From contig SUTX01000005.1 in the NCBI GenBank assembly GCA_015152465.1, positions 10,528 through 74,527 on the forward strand: DNA of 64,000 bases, written 5' to 3'. A model generated the notes under the pieces. It made no database searches, was not told the DNA's origin, and worked only from the letters and a program-made list of their open reading frames with translations. This DNA comes from Cyanobacteria bacterium SIG31. GTDB taxonomy: Bacteria; Cyanobacteriota; Vampirovibrionia; Gastranaerophilales; Gastranaerophilaceae. Positions 1-9,968 of the stretch are shown here, piece by piece. Position 1 is the stretch's first letter, and each line of letters opens with the position of its first letter. The translations under genes and the position numbers were made by a program.

Positions 1-915
1 AACTTTGCATTGCTATCTTTTTTGATTACAAAGTTAATAGACCTATCAGAATTTGAGATTCCAGATATTATTAAAGAACTACCTATTTATATTATGGCAG
101 GTGCTTTTTGCGTTACTGATAATCAAGTTAAGTTAGAAGAAAATATTGAGTTCAAAAAGGCAGAAACAATAGAAGAAGCCCGAAAATTTGCAGAAGAAAA
201 ACTTGGTATTAAAAAATTTAAAATTAATGACCTTGAATATGCAAATTGGATAAATGAGGGTTTAACTAATATTTCTAATAGATTTAAAGGTGAGGTCTAT
301 TTCCCTCAGAAAATAAAATTCCATTCTTATGATAGAAAAAATGCACTTGCTGATTATGTCGTTATAGCGGATACTATTAGGATTAATAAAAAAAGAATAG
401 AGGAGAGAGTAAGTGATTTGGATAATTTGCTAAAAGAAAATTCTTATGAAGAATTAACGAAATATAATCTCGGCAAAGGTTATGATGATTTTTGTAAAAA
501 ATTAACAAAAGCATATAATAGCCCTGAATCTTTAACCTTTTTTGAAAAATATTCTCTTGTTGGTTCTATTTATAAAGTAAAAGAGCGATTAAAACAATTA
601 GATAATAAAAAACCTAGTGAAATTAATACAAATGGCATAAATCTGTACGGTAATATTTATCAGAATGAATTTGAAACGATTTATCACGAAGTTGGGCATT
701 GTTTTGACTTTAAAAGCAAAACCTTAATTGATATATGCACTGACCGCATTAAATCTCAAAAAGATTTAAAACACCTTGTATTACCTAGATATCATAAAAA
801 AAATACCTTTGAGTTTGTAGCTTCAATATTTGCGGGTATTATGCAAGGTGAAAAATATCCAGACGATGTAATGAATTTGTATAAAAAATTAATCAAGTTC
901 AAAATGCCAGTTTAG
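1..915 (+). CDS. Hypothetical zincin-like (HEXXH) metalloprotein, probably 5'-truncated by the window edge
   Basis: IYHEVGH motif plus downstream EFVA..F; frame is open from base 1, so the TTG at 10 may not be the true start. Confidence 0.6.
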   Translation, partial: NFALLSFLITKLIDLSEFEIPDIIKELPIYIMAGAFCVTDNQVKLEENIEFKKAETIEEARKFAEEKLGIKKFKINDLEYANWINEGLTNISNRFKGEVYFPQKIKFHSYDRKNALADYVVIADTIRINKKRIEERVSDLDNLLKENSYEELTKYNLGKGYDDFCKKLTKAYNSPESLTFFEKYSLVGSIYKVKERLKQLDNKKPSEINTNGINLYGNIYQNEFETIYHEVGHCFDFKSKTLIDICTDRIKSQKDLKHLVLPRYHKKNTFEFVASIFAGIMQGEKYPDDVMNLYKKLIKFKMPV

Positions 916-923
916 TACCTATG

Positions 924-2345
924 TTAATCTTCTGGTGTGGAAATAATGGTGACATTCTCAATATGGTATGTATGTGGGAACATATCGAACGGCTGGATAA
1001 ATTCGACTTTACATCCTTTTTCTGTCAGGTATTTTAAATCCCTAGCTAGTGTTGCAGGGTTGCAAGAAACGTAAATGATTTTACCCCCAGATTTACCCCC
1101 TGATTTACCCCTAGTGAGTTTTAACGCATAATCCAAGCTTTCTTGTGTGCAACCTTTTCTTGGAGGGTCAAGCACTGTTACATCAAACTTACGGCCTTTT
1201 GTGTTTAATTCTTTTTCAAAGAACTTGCCTGCATCCATGTTATGAATTTCGACGTTTTTTATCCCATTTTCTTTAATTATTTTTGAAGCTAAATCTGTAG
1301 AAGCTTTTACTTCTTCTACAGTTACAACTTTTTTTGCGACATCACTTAAGCAAATCCCAAAAGTTGAAATCCCTGCGTAAGCATCAAGGATAAGCGGTGA
1401 TTCAAAGTTTTCTGAAATATATTTTTTTACAAACTCAAATATGTTATTTGCTGTATATGGATTTACTTGGAAAAATGTCTCTGCGCCGACTTTAAATACT
1501 TTATCGCAAAGCTTTTCTTCAATAAAACTTTCGCCCTCAAGAATTTGAGTTTCTTTTCCTAGAATAAGATTTGTTTTTTGTGGGTTGAAGTTTACCCCAA
1601 CGCCTACGATGTTATCCAGTTCATTATAAATCTTTGAAGCAAGTTTTTTGAGCTTATCAAATATACGAGTTGAATTAACGACCAAGATTACTAAAGATTT
1701 ACCATTATAAGCTGATGTTCTAATTACAACGTGTCGCAAATCTCCGGCATGTTTTTTCTCGTTATATCCACTTATTCCACATTCTTGCGCTGCAGTACGA
1801 ATAAAATCGATTATATTATCGCAATAACTAGGCTGAATTGGGCAGTATTTAATGTTTACTAGCTCATGGCTAGCTGGTTTATAGTATCCAGCTATGATTC
1901 TTTTTGAATCACGAGTCTCGGATATTGGGTACTGGATTTTATGACGGTATTCTTTAACCTTGGGACTAGGAATTGTATCTCTAATTTCTACCCAACGATT
2001 GCCATCCCCTTTGTTTATTCCAAAAGTATCTTCTACAATTTGTTTTTTGTATTTTAACTGTGCTTCGTAATCAATGAATTGCAGCTGGCATGCACCACAG
2101 ACTTTTTGCATAGGACAAATTGGCTCTACTCTATCTGGTGACTGCTCAATTATTTCAATAACTTTTGCATTAGCAAAATTTTTGTTCTTTTTACCAACTC
2201 TAATTTTGACTTTATCTCCAGGACAAGCTCCTTCTACAAAGATTACATAGCCATCTAAACGAGCTATTCCAAAGCCTAAGTTTGATAGCTTTTCAATCTT
2301 AACTATGAGCTCTTCTGGAATATCTTTTTTGTTGGTTATTTGCAT
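924..2345 (-). CDS. rlmD: 23S rRNA (uracil-C5)-methyltransferase RlmD
   Basis: N-terminal TRAM domain, C..Q.VCGACQLQ Fe-S motif, FFQVN, DAYAGISTFG, LDPPRKG, YVSCNPATLARD, DMFPHTYHIE. Confidence 0.95.
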   Translation of the reverse strand: MQITNKKDIPEELIVKIEKLSNLGFGIARLDGYVIFVEGACPGDKVKIRVGKKNKNFANAKVIEIIEQSPDRVEPICPMQKVCGACQLQFIDYEAQLKYKKQIVEDTFGINKGDGNRWVEIRDTIPSPKVKEYRHKIQYPISETRDSKRIIAGYYKPASHELVNIKYCPIQPSYCDNIIDFIRTAAQECGISGYNEKKHAGDLRHVVIRTSAYNGKSLVILVVNSTRIFDKLKKLASKIYNELDNIVGVGVNFNPQKTNLILGKETQILEGESFIEEKLCDKVFKVGAETFFQVNPYTANNIFEFVKKYISENFESPLILDAYAGISTFGICLSDVAKKVVTVEEVKASTDLASKIIKENGIKNVEIHNMDAGKFFEKELNTKGRKFDVTVLDPPRKGCTQESLDYALKLTRGKSGGKSGGKIIYVSCNPATLARDLKYLTEKGCKVEFIQPFDMFPHTYHIENVTIISTPED

Positions 2346-3253
2346 GGTTTTATAACCTGAATATTACGTGTTTCAGACAACTCTTGACGAGCGTCACGAA
2401 TAATTTGTTTGTATTCTTCTGACAAGCTTAAGCCGTTGCAAAGTCTATCAATAAAACCATTATTTAATTTTACAGCTTTTTCTAATGCACCGACGTTTTC
2501 AAGAACTTCTTTAACATCGCTAAATTCGTATCCAAAAGATTGTTTTGATTGATAAACCATTATTTCACCAGTTTCAGCTTCTAAAGGTTCTCCGCCAAGC
2601 TCAAAATGAAGTTTAAAAACAGATTTTAAATCTTGTAATTCAGCTTGCATAGTAGCAATGCTTTGTTGAATTCTTAAATATCTATCAAATAGATAGTCGA
2701 CATTTTCAAGTTGTTTTCTTTGCCAATCAAGTCTTTGTAGGTATAACTTTTTAAGTTTTGGATACGCTAAAGCTAGCCCCATTGTATCTGCCATAGCTCT
2801 GTGGTGGTTGTTTAGCTCTACATTGAACCTGTTTGTTAAAGCTTCTAGCCCGTGAGATTCTAAATCTGGAGCAATTTCTTTAAACATAACTTGGGTGTCG
2901 ATTCGAGGGTTAGTAAGTTCTTCGCCCATTACACGTTTTTTCGCTTCATTTAGGAATGAAAAGTCGAAGATTGCGTTGTGAGCGACAATTGGATAGTCTC
3001 CAATAAATTCTAAAATCTTAGGTAAAACTTCTTCTTCTGTAGGTGCATCTGCGACCATTTCTTCTGTAATATGGTGTACCGCCATAGAAGATTTTCTTAT
3101 GTGTTGTTGTGGATTAATTAATGTCTGAAATTCGTCTTTAATTTTCCCGTTTTCTAATCTTACGGCAGCAAATTCTATAATTCTTTCTCTTGTGTAATCA
3201 AGCCCTGTTGTTTCAGTATCTAATACTATTTCAATTTCTTTTTTTCTTGGCAT
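2336..3253 (-). CDS. DEDDh 3'-5' exonuclease (DNA polymerase III epsilon-like) with C-terminal extension
   Basis: VLDTETTG, HNAIFD, HHRAMAD motifs. Confidence 0.88.
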   Translation of the reverse strand: MPRKKEIEIVLDTETTGLDYTRERIIEFAAVRLENGKIKDEFQTLINPQQHIRKSSMAVHHITEEMVADAPTEEEVLPKILEFIGDYPIVAHNAIFDFSFLNEAKKRVMGEELTNPRIDTQVMFKEIAPDLESHGLEALTNRFNVELNNHHRAMADTMGLALAYPKLKKLYLQRLDWQRKQLENVDYLFDRYLRIQQSIATMQAELQDLKSVFKLHFELGGEPLEAETGEIMVYQSKQSFGYEFSDVKEVLENVGALEKAVKLNNGFIDRLCNGLSLSEEYKQIIRDARQELSETRNIQVIKPCK

Positions 3254-3371
3254 CTTCTATCCTCTGGGGGTAATTCTATTTACCCTTTCTACTCCCTTTG
3301 TAACATGTTAGCATAAACATATAATATATGCTAATATTAAGGAGTAAATTATATTTCATAAGGAGGTTATT

Positions 3372-3689
3372 ATGGTTTTAGAAATAAATACAGAAAGCTT
3401 TAATAGAGAAGTTTTATCGCAAGATGGTGTTGTAGTTGTTGATTTTTTTGCGAATTGGTGTGGTCCTTGCAGAAAGTTAGCACCTATTCTTGAAGAAGTC
3501 GAAGCTGAATTGGCTTCTAAAGTTAGGTTTGCAAAAATCAATACAGATGAAAACCTTGAAATGGCAAAACAATATCAAGTAAGTGGGTTGCCAACATTAA
3601 TGGTGTTTAAAAACGGAGAAGCTGTTGAACGCTTAGTTGGCTTGATGCCAAAAAGTTCTATAATCACAAATGTAGAAAAACATATCTAA
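3372..3689 (+). CDS. trxA: Thioredoxin
   Basis: WCGPC active site, 105 aa, strong RBS (aaggaggt). Confidence 0.97.
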   Translation: MVLEINTESFNREVLSQDGVVVVDFFANWCGPCRKLAPILEEVEAELASKVRFAKINTDENLEMAKQYQVSGLPTLMVFKNGEAVERLVGLMPKSSIITNVEKHI

Positions 3690-3696
3690 ATATATT

Positions 3697-3741
3697 CTAA
3701 TAAAACAATGCGGCCGCACAGCGGCCGCATTGTTTTATTAG
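3697..3741. terminator. Bidirectional intrinsic terminator between convergent trxA and galE
   Basis: Perfect 21-bp inverted repeat ctaataaaacaatgcggccgc-aca-gcggccgcattgttttattag. Confidence 0.85.
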
Positions 3742-3742
3742 G

Positions 3743-4735
3743 TTAAATCTTAGATTGAAGTTTTTGTTCCCACTTATAAGCGGTATCTATGCTATAGCTT
3801 AAATCTCTTTGAGGTTGCCAACCTAGTTCAGTTAGAACCTTTGTGTTATCAGCAACTAAAGAGGCAGGGTCTCCATCTCGTCTAGGCATAATATTTACTG
3901 AAATACTTTTTTGACATATCTTTTCACATTCGCTAAAAACATCTTTTACTGTGTTACCAGTTTTTGTCCCTAGATTAAAGAAGTTTGTTGAACCATTGTT
4001 ATTTAGGTATTTTAGAGCAAGTAAATGTGCTTCTGCAAGATCTTCAACATTGATATAATCTCTAACACAGGTACCATCTTTGGTTGGATAATCGCTACCA
4101 TACATTTCAAAAGTTTTGCTATTGCCGAAAGTTGATTTTAAAATGTTCGGTATTAAGTGTGTTTCAGGTTCATGCCATTCTCCTACTCTATTGTCTGAGT
4201 CTGCACCAGCTACGTTAAAATATCTAAGGCGTACAGATTTTAGCTCGTATGCTTTATCGTAATCATCCAATATTTTTTCAATAAATAGTTTTGTCTGCCC
4301 ATACGGATTAATTGGATTTTGCGGATGTTTTTCATCTATTGGTGTATATTGAGGTTCTCCATAAGTAGCTGCTGTTGAGGAGAATACAATTTTCTTAACG
4401 TTATTTTCTAGCATAGCTTCTAATAAGTTGAGCGTTCCGCAAACGTTGTTTAAATAATATTTTTGAGGATTTTTTACAGATTCTCCAACTTGTGAAAAAG
4501 CTGCAAAATGTATAACAGCATCAATTTTATATGATTTAAAAACATTTTTAATTTGTTCTTTGTTCTGCAAATCGCCTTTTGCAAAAGCCACGTTACCGTA
4601 TTGTTCTAGTGTATTAATAGTTTCTATATGTCCAGTTGATAAGTTGTCAAAAACAACAACGTCATAGTTTTGTTTTAATAAAGCTAAGACGCAATGACTT
4701 CCAATATATCCTGCACCACCTGTAACTAAAATCAT
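3743..4735 (-). CDS. galE: UDP-glucose 4-epimerase
   Basis: TGGAGYIGSH, FSSTAATYG, YGQTK, LRYFNVAGA, RDYI motifs. Confidence 0.96.
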   Translation of the reverse strand: MILVTGGAGYIGSHCVLALLKQNYDVVVFDNLSTGHIETINTLEQYGNVAFAKGDLQNKEQIKNVFKSYKIDAVIHFAAFSQVGESVKNPQKYYLNNVCGTLNLLEAMLENNVKKIVFSSTAATYGEPQYTPIDEKHPQNPINPYGQTKLFIEKILDDYDKAYELKSVRLRYFNVAGADSDNRVGEWHEPETHLIPNILKSTFGNSKTFEMYGSDYPTKDGTCVRDYINVEDLAEAHLLALKYLNNNGSTNFFNLGTKTGNTVKDVFSECEKICQKSISVNIMPRRDGDPASLVADNTKVLTELGWQPQRDLSYSIDTAYKWEQKLQSKI

Positions 4736-4779
4736 AAAATACTCCCTTTTTTTGTTTATTTTAGAACAATAATAAAAAA

Positions 4780-4995
4780 TAAAAAAGACCCCTTACGGAA
4801 TCTTCTTTAATCTGGGCCAAGGACTCCGAATGCGTCAGAAAAATAGTACTAAATGTACTATTTTTCGTGGAGTATTATTTATTTTTTTGAATTTAAACGT
4901 AAGCATTTGGAGGAAGACGAGAACCCATTGAGCTTTGCTCAATGCGTGAGAGTCTACTGCATTAAAAAAGACCCCTTACGGAGTCTTCTTTAATC

Positions 4996-5001
<6 letters not shown>
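4780..5001. repeat. 39-bp direct repeat (4780-4818 and 4963-5001, one mismatch, 183-bp period) containing the tRNA-Ile 3' end and its terminator
   Basis: taaaaaagaccccttacgga(a/g)tcttctttaatctgggcc seen twice. Confidence 0.9.
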
Positions 5002-5069
<68 letters not shown>

Positions 5070-5227
5070 TCGTGTTTTCGGCTATCCAAAAGTATGCTAT
5101 TCTTTCGGACAAGTTCTAATTTATCATGGACATTTTTTAAAATCAAGCTTTTTATTTTTTATTTTAAAACTCTTTAACTGGATTTTTATCTTTATTTGCA
5201 GTAAACTGGTTTCGGAGATAATTTTAT

Positions 5228-6736
5228 ATGACTTTATTATACTTGTATATCACACTATTTACTATTTATTTTATTGTTTTAGCAGCAGTATCTGCAAAAC
5301 CAGCTAGAAAAATTCGTGATAAATACACGTCGAGAGACGCAAATTTATGTGTTGTTTTATACGCTAGCGGTGTTAGCAATACGCTGGAAAATCTTATAAA
5401 ACAGCTTAAAAATCAATCTTATCCAAAACAAAATTATACAATTTACACAATATTAGATAAATGCGAAAATATATCTGAGGTTACTTTACAAAGCGATTTG
5501 AATGTTAATGTTATAAATATTGACAATTTAGAACCAATCGGTAAAAGTCAGGCATATTCTATAATTGCAGAAAAATTACATGATATCAAAGATTTGGATG
5601 CATATGTTTTTTTGGATGCAAAAAATTATGTTGACGCAGATTTTCTTGCTAATGTTAACTATTATCTAACTAAATACCAAGTATTTAATCCAATAATTAA
5701 TTATTTGCCTCAAGAAGATAGCTTAACTTTTTGGCAAAATGTACGTTCTGCATACTCAAGATATGTAACCAAGTTTATTAATGTTTCAAGAACTCGTCTT
5801 GGATTAACAAATATTATTAATACTGACGCTTTTGTTATCCGAAAAGATTTATTAAATAGAATTGCAACTTTTGATTTTAAAGATATGATTTCTGAAGTTG
5901 AGTATACTTTGAAATTAGCGAGAGAAAATGTAAAAGTCGCTTTTGTTGAAGATTTAAATGTGTATACTTGTATTGATAATTTTGATTTTAGGATTCCGTC
6001 ATTATCCAAACGATTAGAAGTTTGTAGAAGTGAAATTGCGAAATCTCAATCAATTTTATCTAAAGAGTTCTTATGCTCACTAGCTTTACCTAATTGGCTA
6101 GTGTGTGTATTGTCATACTATTTATTATTAAAGCATTCGTTTTATTTTCCGTTCTGGGTTGATTTTTCAACGATTTTAATTTCTTCAATTGTATTATTGA
6201 TAGCTTTTCTAACGAGTCTTTTGAATACAAAGTTATACTCAAAAGAGTGTTTATATTTATTTGTGTATCCATTACATTCAATAGCTCATATTGTATATAA
6301 TTTCCCGCCGATAAGAGGAATTAGAAATATTATAAAAAATACAACACGGAAACATGTTATTGAAACTATGACAACAAATGTTATTGTTAGTGATGGTGTG
6401 AGAGAATATCCATGCCAAATGGAGTTGATTTCTGACGATGGACTTGCTCGTGTAACTTTTATTAACAAAGGCAAGAAATATACTACTAAGAATAATCACT
6501 TAAGAATGGTAGATGCTGTAAGAGAATTGACTACAAAGCTTGCTGACTATGGTTTGACGCTTAAGGTTTGTCAATGTTGTAAATATTTTCAGCCTATTGT
6601 TGATGGCTCGACCAATATGGTTAAAGGCTGCTGTAATTGCCAATTCCAAGGTCGAACACCAGGAGATATGATTCCAACTCTTATTTGGAATACTTGTCCT
6701 AAATTTGAAGAACAGAATGTTGTAAATTTATTTTAA
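5228..6736 (+). CDS. GT2 glycosyltransferase-like membrane protein with degenerate motifs and a Cys-rich C-terminal domain
   Basis: N-terminal TM, LKNQSYP, YVFLDA, later TM helices, C-terminal CQCCKYF...GCCNC...TCPKFE. Confidence 0.7.
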   Translation: MTLLYLYITLFTIYFIVLAAVSAKPARKIRDKYTSRDANLCVVLYASGVSNTLENLIKQLKNQSYPKQNYTIYTILDKCENISEVTLQSDLNVNVINIDNLEPIGKSQAYSIIAEKLHDIKDLDAYVFLDAKNYVDADFLANVNYYLTKYQVFNPIINYLPQEDSLTFWQNVRSAYSRYVTKFINVSRTRLGLTNIINTDAFVIRKDLLNRIATFDFKDMISEVEYTLKLARENVKVAFVEDLNVYTCIDNFDFRIPSLSKRLEVCRSEIAKSQSILSKEFLCSLALPNWLVCVLSYYLLLKHSFYFPFWVDFSTILISSIVLLIAFLTSLLNTKLYSKECLYLFVYPLHSIAHIVYNFPPIRGIRNIIKNTTRKHVIETMTTNVIVSDGVREYPCQMELISDDGLARVTFINKGKKYTTKNNHLRMVDAVRELTTKLADYGLTLKVCQCCKYFQPIVDGSTNMVKGCCNCQFQGRTPGDMIPTLIWNTCPKFEEQNVVNLF

Positions 6737-7617
6737 TTAACCATAACATCTTCGTTGAGTTTGATTTTAAAATTGCTCCCTGCTGGTATTGAAACGTGTC
6801 CACCTTTTGAGAAAAAGGCTGAGATAGGGGAAAATATTGTATTTGCACCTAAGCAAATTGTTCCATAAGCAAGGGGAAATGGTGATAAGATAAAAGTAGA
6901 ACCTTCGGCTCCTAAATTGATTGTCATTGTCAACATTTTGTTAAATAAAGTTCTGCCCCAATTGCCTTTTTGCCATAATGTTTTAAGGTATGTACGCTGA
7001 CCTTTTATATTATTTAAGAAAACTTTTTTATCATTTGCTCTTATTACAAAAGCATTTATCGGAACTCTCTGACTCTTGTAAACCATTGAGTAAACTTTGA
7101 TTGCAACTAATCCTCCATTGCAAGATATTTGAGGTTGATGAGATTCAACAATTTCCCCTTGAAAAGTTGTACCTGCAGGAATTGAGTATCCCCTACCATG
7201 CTTGGCTTTCGGTAAAGAAAAAGTAACTTTGTTTCCTTTAACTTGCCAATCAGAAATTGTTCCCGAACTTATTACATCAAAAGTTGTTCCACTTTTTATT
7301 CTTATATTTCCGCCTTTGTAAGGTTGATACTGCTGGGCTGTGGTAGAAACCTTAGTGCTAGATGTATTTTTGTTTGTAACCGTCGGTAAAGAAGGTAAGT
7401 TTGGATCTACATTTATATTCGTAGCAGTAGATTCTATTTTTTTTTCTAATGCGTTATCTTGTAAACCAACATCATCAATTAGTTGAGTAGAGTTGTAATT
7501 TTTGCGAATTTCATCGTCAACGGTCTCATCAATATCAAAAGCATGCCCGAAATTAGTCATGGAACATGACAAAACTAACGCAATAAGTGTCTTTTTTACA
7601 ACTATTTTCATTCTCAA
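6733..7617 (-). CDS. Secreted hypothetical protein with TrbI/VirB10-like beta domain
   Basis: Signal peptide, IPAGTTFQGEIV..H......NGG.V.I pattern, C-terminal IPAGSNFKIKL. Confidence 0.55.
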   Translation of the reverse strand: MRMKIVVKKTLIALVLSCSMTNFGHAFDIDETVDDEIRKNYNSTQLIDDVGLQDNALEKKIESTATNINVDPNLPSLPTVTNKNTSSTKVSTTAQQYQPYKGGNIRIKSGTTFDVISSGTISDWQVKGNKVTFSLPKAKHGRGYSIPAGTTFQGEIVESHQPQISCNGGLVAIKVYSMVYKSQRVPINAFVIRANDKKVFLNNIKGQRTYLKTLWQKGNWGRTLFNKMLTMTINLGAEGSTFILSPFPLAYGTICLGANTIFSPISAFFSKGGHVSIPAGSNFKIKLNEDVMVN

Positions 7618-7700
7618 ACCTACTCTCTTACACTATTCTACCAGATTGTAACAAATTTGTTAAGAAGTAGCAAAAAATATTTTGCTTTGTTTTATGATTA

Positions 7701-9197
7701 ATGTGTAGACATTATTATATGAAAAATAGATTGGAAACTATGATGAAGATTCATACAACGCAAAATCTAAATTCTTTAAGTACAAATCAATCAACAAGTG
7801 TATCGAATACAAAGAATGATAGATTAAAACGAGCAGAAAATTCTTATTTGGGTTCGAATGGTTTAGCGAGTTTGCCTGATACCATTTCGTTTGAAGGCAA
7901 AGGTGAAGCTGTAGAAAAAATTGCAAAAGCTTTGCGTGAAGCAAAATTAGTTCAAAAAATAGAGAGTTCAAAAGTCGCGGGTAAAAAGAGTATAACAGAG
8001 AAGATTCTTTCAAGCGACTTTTTTGATGGTCTATTAGACTTAATGACTCACGAAACATTTATTCAGGCTGCTATTTCATTCTTAATTTGTGTATTCTTGA
8101 GACCATTGACTATTATGTCTTTGCCAACAAAAAAATCGAAAGAAGACAATAAGTATGCTTCTGCTCACTCAATGTCTTCTGGTTTTGTTGGGCTTGCATC
8201 TTCTGTTTTAATTGCAATTCCTTTTTCAAAAGGTTTAAAATATGCACAAAATAACATGATTGCAAATCTAAAAGAAGAAACTTTGAAAAGAATGTTTCCA
8301 CACTTAGATTTGAAATCTATAGTTGATTCAGCTGGCAAACGTATTACCGATATGAAACAATGGAAAGATAAATTCGGTAATGTCTTCTCAAAAGATATGA
8401 AGAATGCAATGCTAATTGCAAAACCAATTCATGCAACTGAAATCGGTGAAAAGACTTGGGAAAAATTCGGAATTAAACTTAATAAAGAAGCTAATAAAGG
8501 CAAGGCTATAGCTGAATGGATTGATTTAGATGGTAAAAGAGTGGTCGAAAAATTAGGGTTGAAAGATTTTTGTATTGCTGTTGAAGAAGCTGGTATGGGT
8601 TCAACACTTGGTAAAGGATATAAAAATACAAACTTTTTCTCATTGAAATATATAGGTGATGATTTGCTAGAAGCAGCATGTAAGGACTTAGACATTGCTT
8701 CTACTAAGGGGGCTAATGGTGAAAGACTACACCCTATTCATTGGAAGAACAAAGCAACAGGAAATGCTTATACAGAAATATTTGACGCAACACACTTGTC
8801 ATCATATACAGAAACTGCTGATTCAGTGCCTTTGTTCTTAAGTAAAGTTAGAACTGAATCAGGAACTGGTAAAACTAAATATACTGCTTTACAATCAAAT
8901 GTGGAATACCAAACTAGGGTTGGTGTTCCTGAAAAGATAGGCTCAGAAATTGAGCAAGCAAGTTTGGATGCAGATAAAGTTAGTGATATCCAAAATAAAT
9001 GGGTAGTTTGGTTGCCAGATATTATATCAAGACCGCTAGTTGCAACTGCTACTATTGCGTTGTTGCCTAAGATATTGAAAAACGTTTTTCACTTAGAAAA
9101 ACCTAAAAAACATCAAGCAACACCTGCTGTTCAACAAAACCAACTTGAAGGGGAAAATGCAAAACTTGCATTAACTTCCGGAAAGGAGGTGGCATAA
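7701..9197 (+). CDS. Hypothetical membrane protein (module A family, ISFEG leader); start probably 7740 or 7743
   Basis: Long ORF, Ser/Asn/Thr-rich N-terminus, hydrophobic hairpins near both ends. Confidence 0.75.
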   Translation: MCRHYYMKNRLETMMKIHTTQNLNSLSTNQSTSVSNTKNDRLKRAENSYLGSNGLASLPDTISFEGKGEAVEKIAKALREAKLVQKIESSKVAGKKSITEKILSSDFFDGLLDLMTHETFIQAAISFLICVFLRPLTIMSLPTKKSKEDNKYASAHSMSSGFVGLASSVLIAIPFSKGLKYAQNNMIANLKEETLKRMFPHLDLKSIVDSAGKRITDMKQWKDKFGNVFSKDMKNAMLIAKPIHATEIGEKTWEKFGIKLNKEANKGKAIAEWIDLDGKRVVEKLGLKDFCIAVEEAGMGSTLGKGYKNTNFFSLKYIGDDLLEAACKDLDIASTKGANGERLHPIHWKNKATGNAYTEIFDATHLSSYTETADSVPLFLSKVRTESGTGKTKYTALQSNVEYQTRVGVPEKIGSEIEQASLDADKVSDIQNKWVVWLPDIISRPLVATATIALLPKILKNVFHLEKPKKHQATPAVQQNQLEGENAKLALTSGKEVA

Positions 9198-9898
9198 TGA
9201 ATATCCAAGCAATTAGTAGAGCTCAACAATCTTATATGCTAAATAAACGATATGCTAATACTCCGTCTAGTAATCCAGTTGGTTCACTTGATACAGAGCA
9301 AAATGCAAATCAAGTTAATCCAAGCTTCAAAGGCTTAGGGGATTTTATTGGTAGAGTGTTTGGTGAACATTATGCAAAACGTATGCTTGATGCAAAATGG
9401 ACTCGTAACCTTGCTGAGTGGTTAACAAAAGCTCCTGGTAGTATGACTGAGCACATGGCAACACTAGGGTCATTAATTACAAGTAGCGTATATATGGGAA
9501 GAACTCTTTCTAATAAAGAGCTAGAAAATGATAAGAAAAAAACTCTTGCTATCAATCAGTTCTTATGTTTCTTGATTCCAACAGCAGCTGCTTATACAGT
9601 TAATAGTGTGCTTGCAGGGGTGAATAAAAAGCTTGAGCACAAGTACTCTGGTATACAATCGCAAAAAATAGCTTGGGGAGAAATATCTCAAGAAAAAGCT
9701 GCTGAAATCTTAAAGAAAAAGAGTGATAGACTAAAAGGTTTTAAAACACTATCAACATTAGCTACATTCACTCTAATTTACAGATACATAACACCAGTTA
9801 TTATTACGCCAGCTGCAAACTGGATTGGTGGAAAATTAAATAAGCGTAGCGAAGAGAAAAAAGCTAATGAGCAAAAATCTCAGGGGGCTGTGGCTTAA
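9197..9898 (+). CDS. Hypothetical membrane protein (module B family, PSFKG leader)
   Basis: TAATG overlap with upstream gene, RBS aaggaggtg, hydrophobic segments. Confidence 0.8.
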   Translation: MNIQAISRAQQSYMLNKRYANTPSSNPVGSLDTEQNANQVNPSFKGLGDFIGRVFGEHYAKRMLDAKWTRNLAEWLTKAPGSMTEHMATLGSLITSSVYMGRTLSNKELENDKKKTLAINQFLCFLIPTAAAYTVNSVLAGVNKKLEHKYSGIQSQKIAWGEISQEKAAEILKKKSDRLKGFKTLSTLATFTLIYRYITPVIITPAANWIGGKLNKRSEEKKANEQKSQGAVA

Positions 9899-9915
9899 AT
9901 AAATTAGTCTTCAAT

Positions 9916-9952
9916 AAAAGGACTGTTTCAATTGTTTGAGACAGTCCTTTTT
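9916..9952 (+). terminator. Intrinsic terminator
   Basis: aaaaggactgtttcaa-ttgt-ttgagacagtcctttt followed by T-run. Confidence 0.75.
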
Positions 9953-9968
9953 GTATTATAATAGTCAT

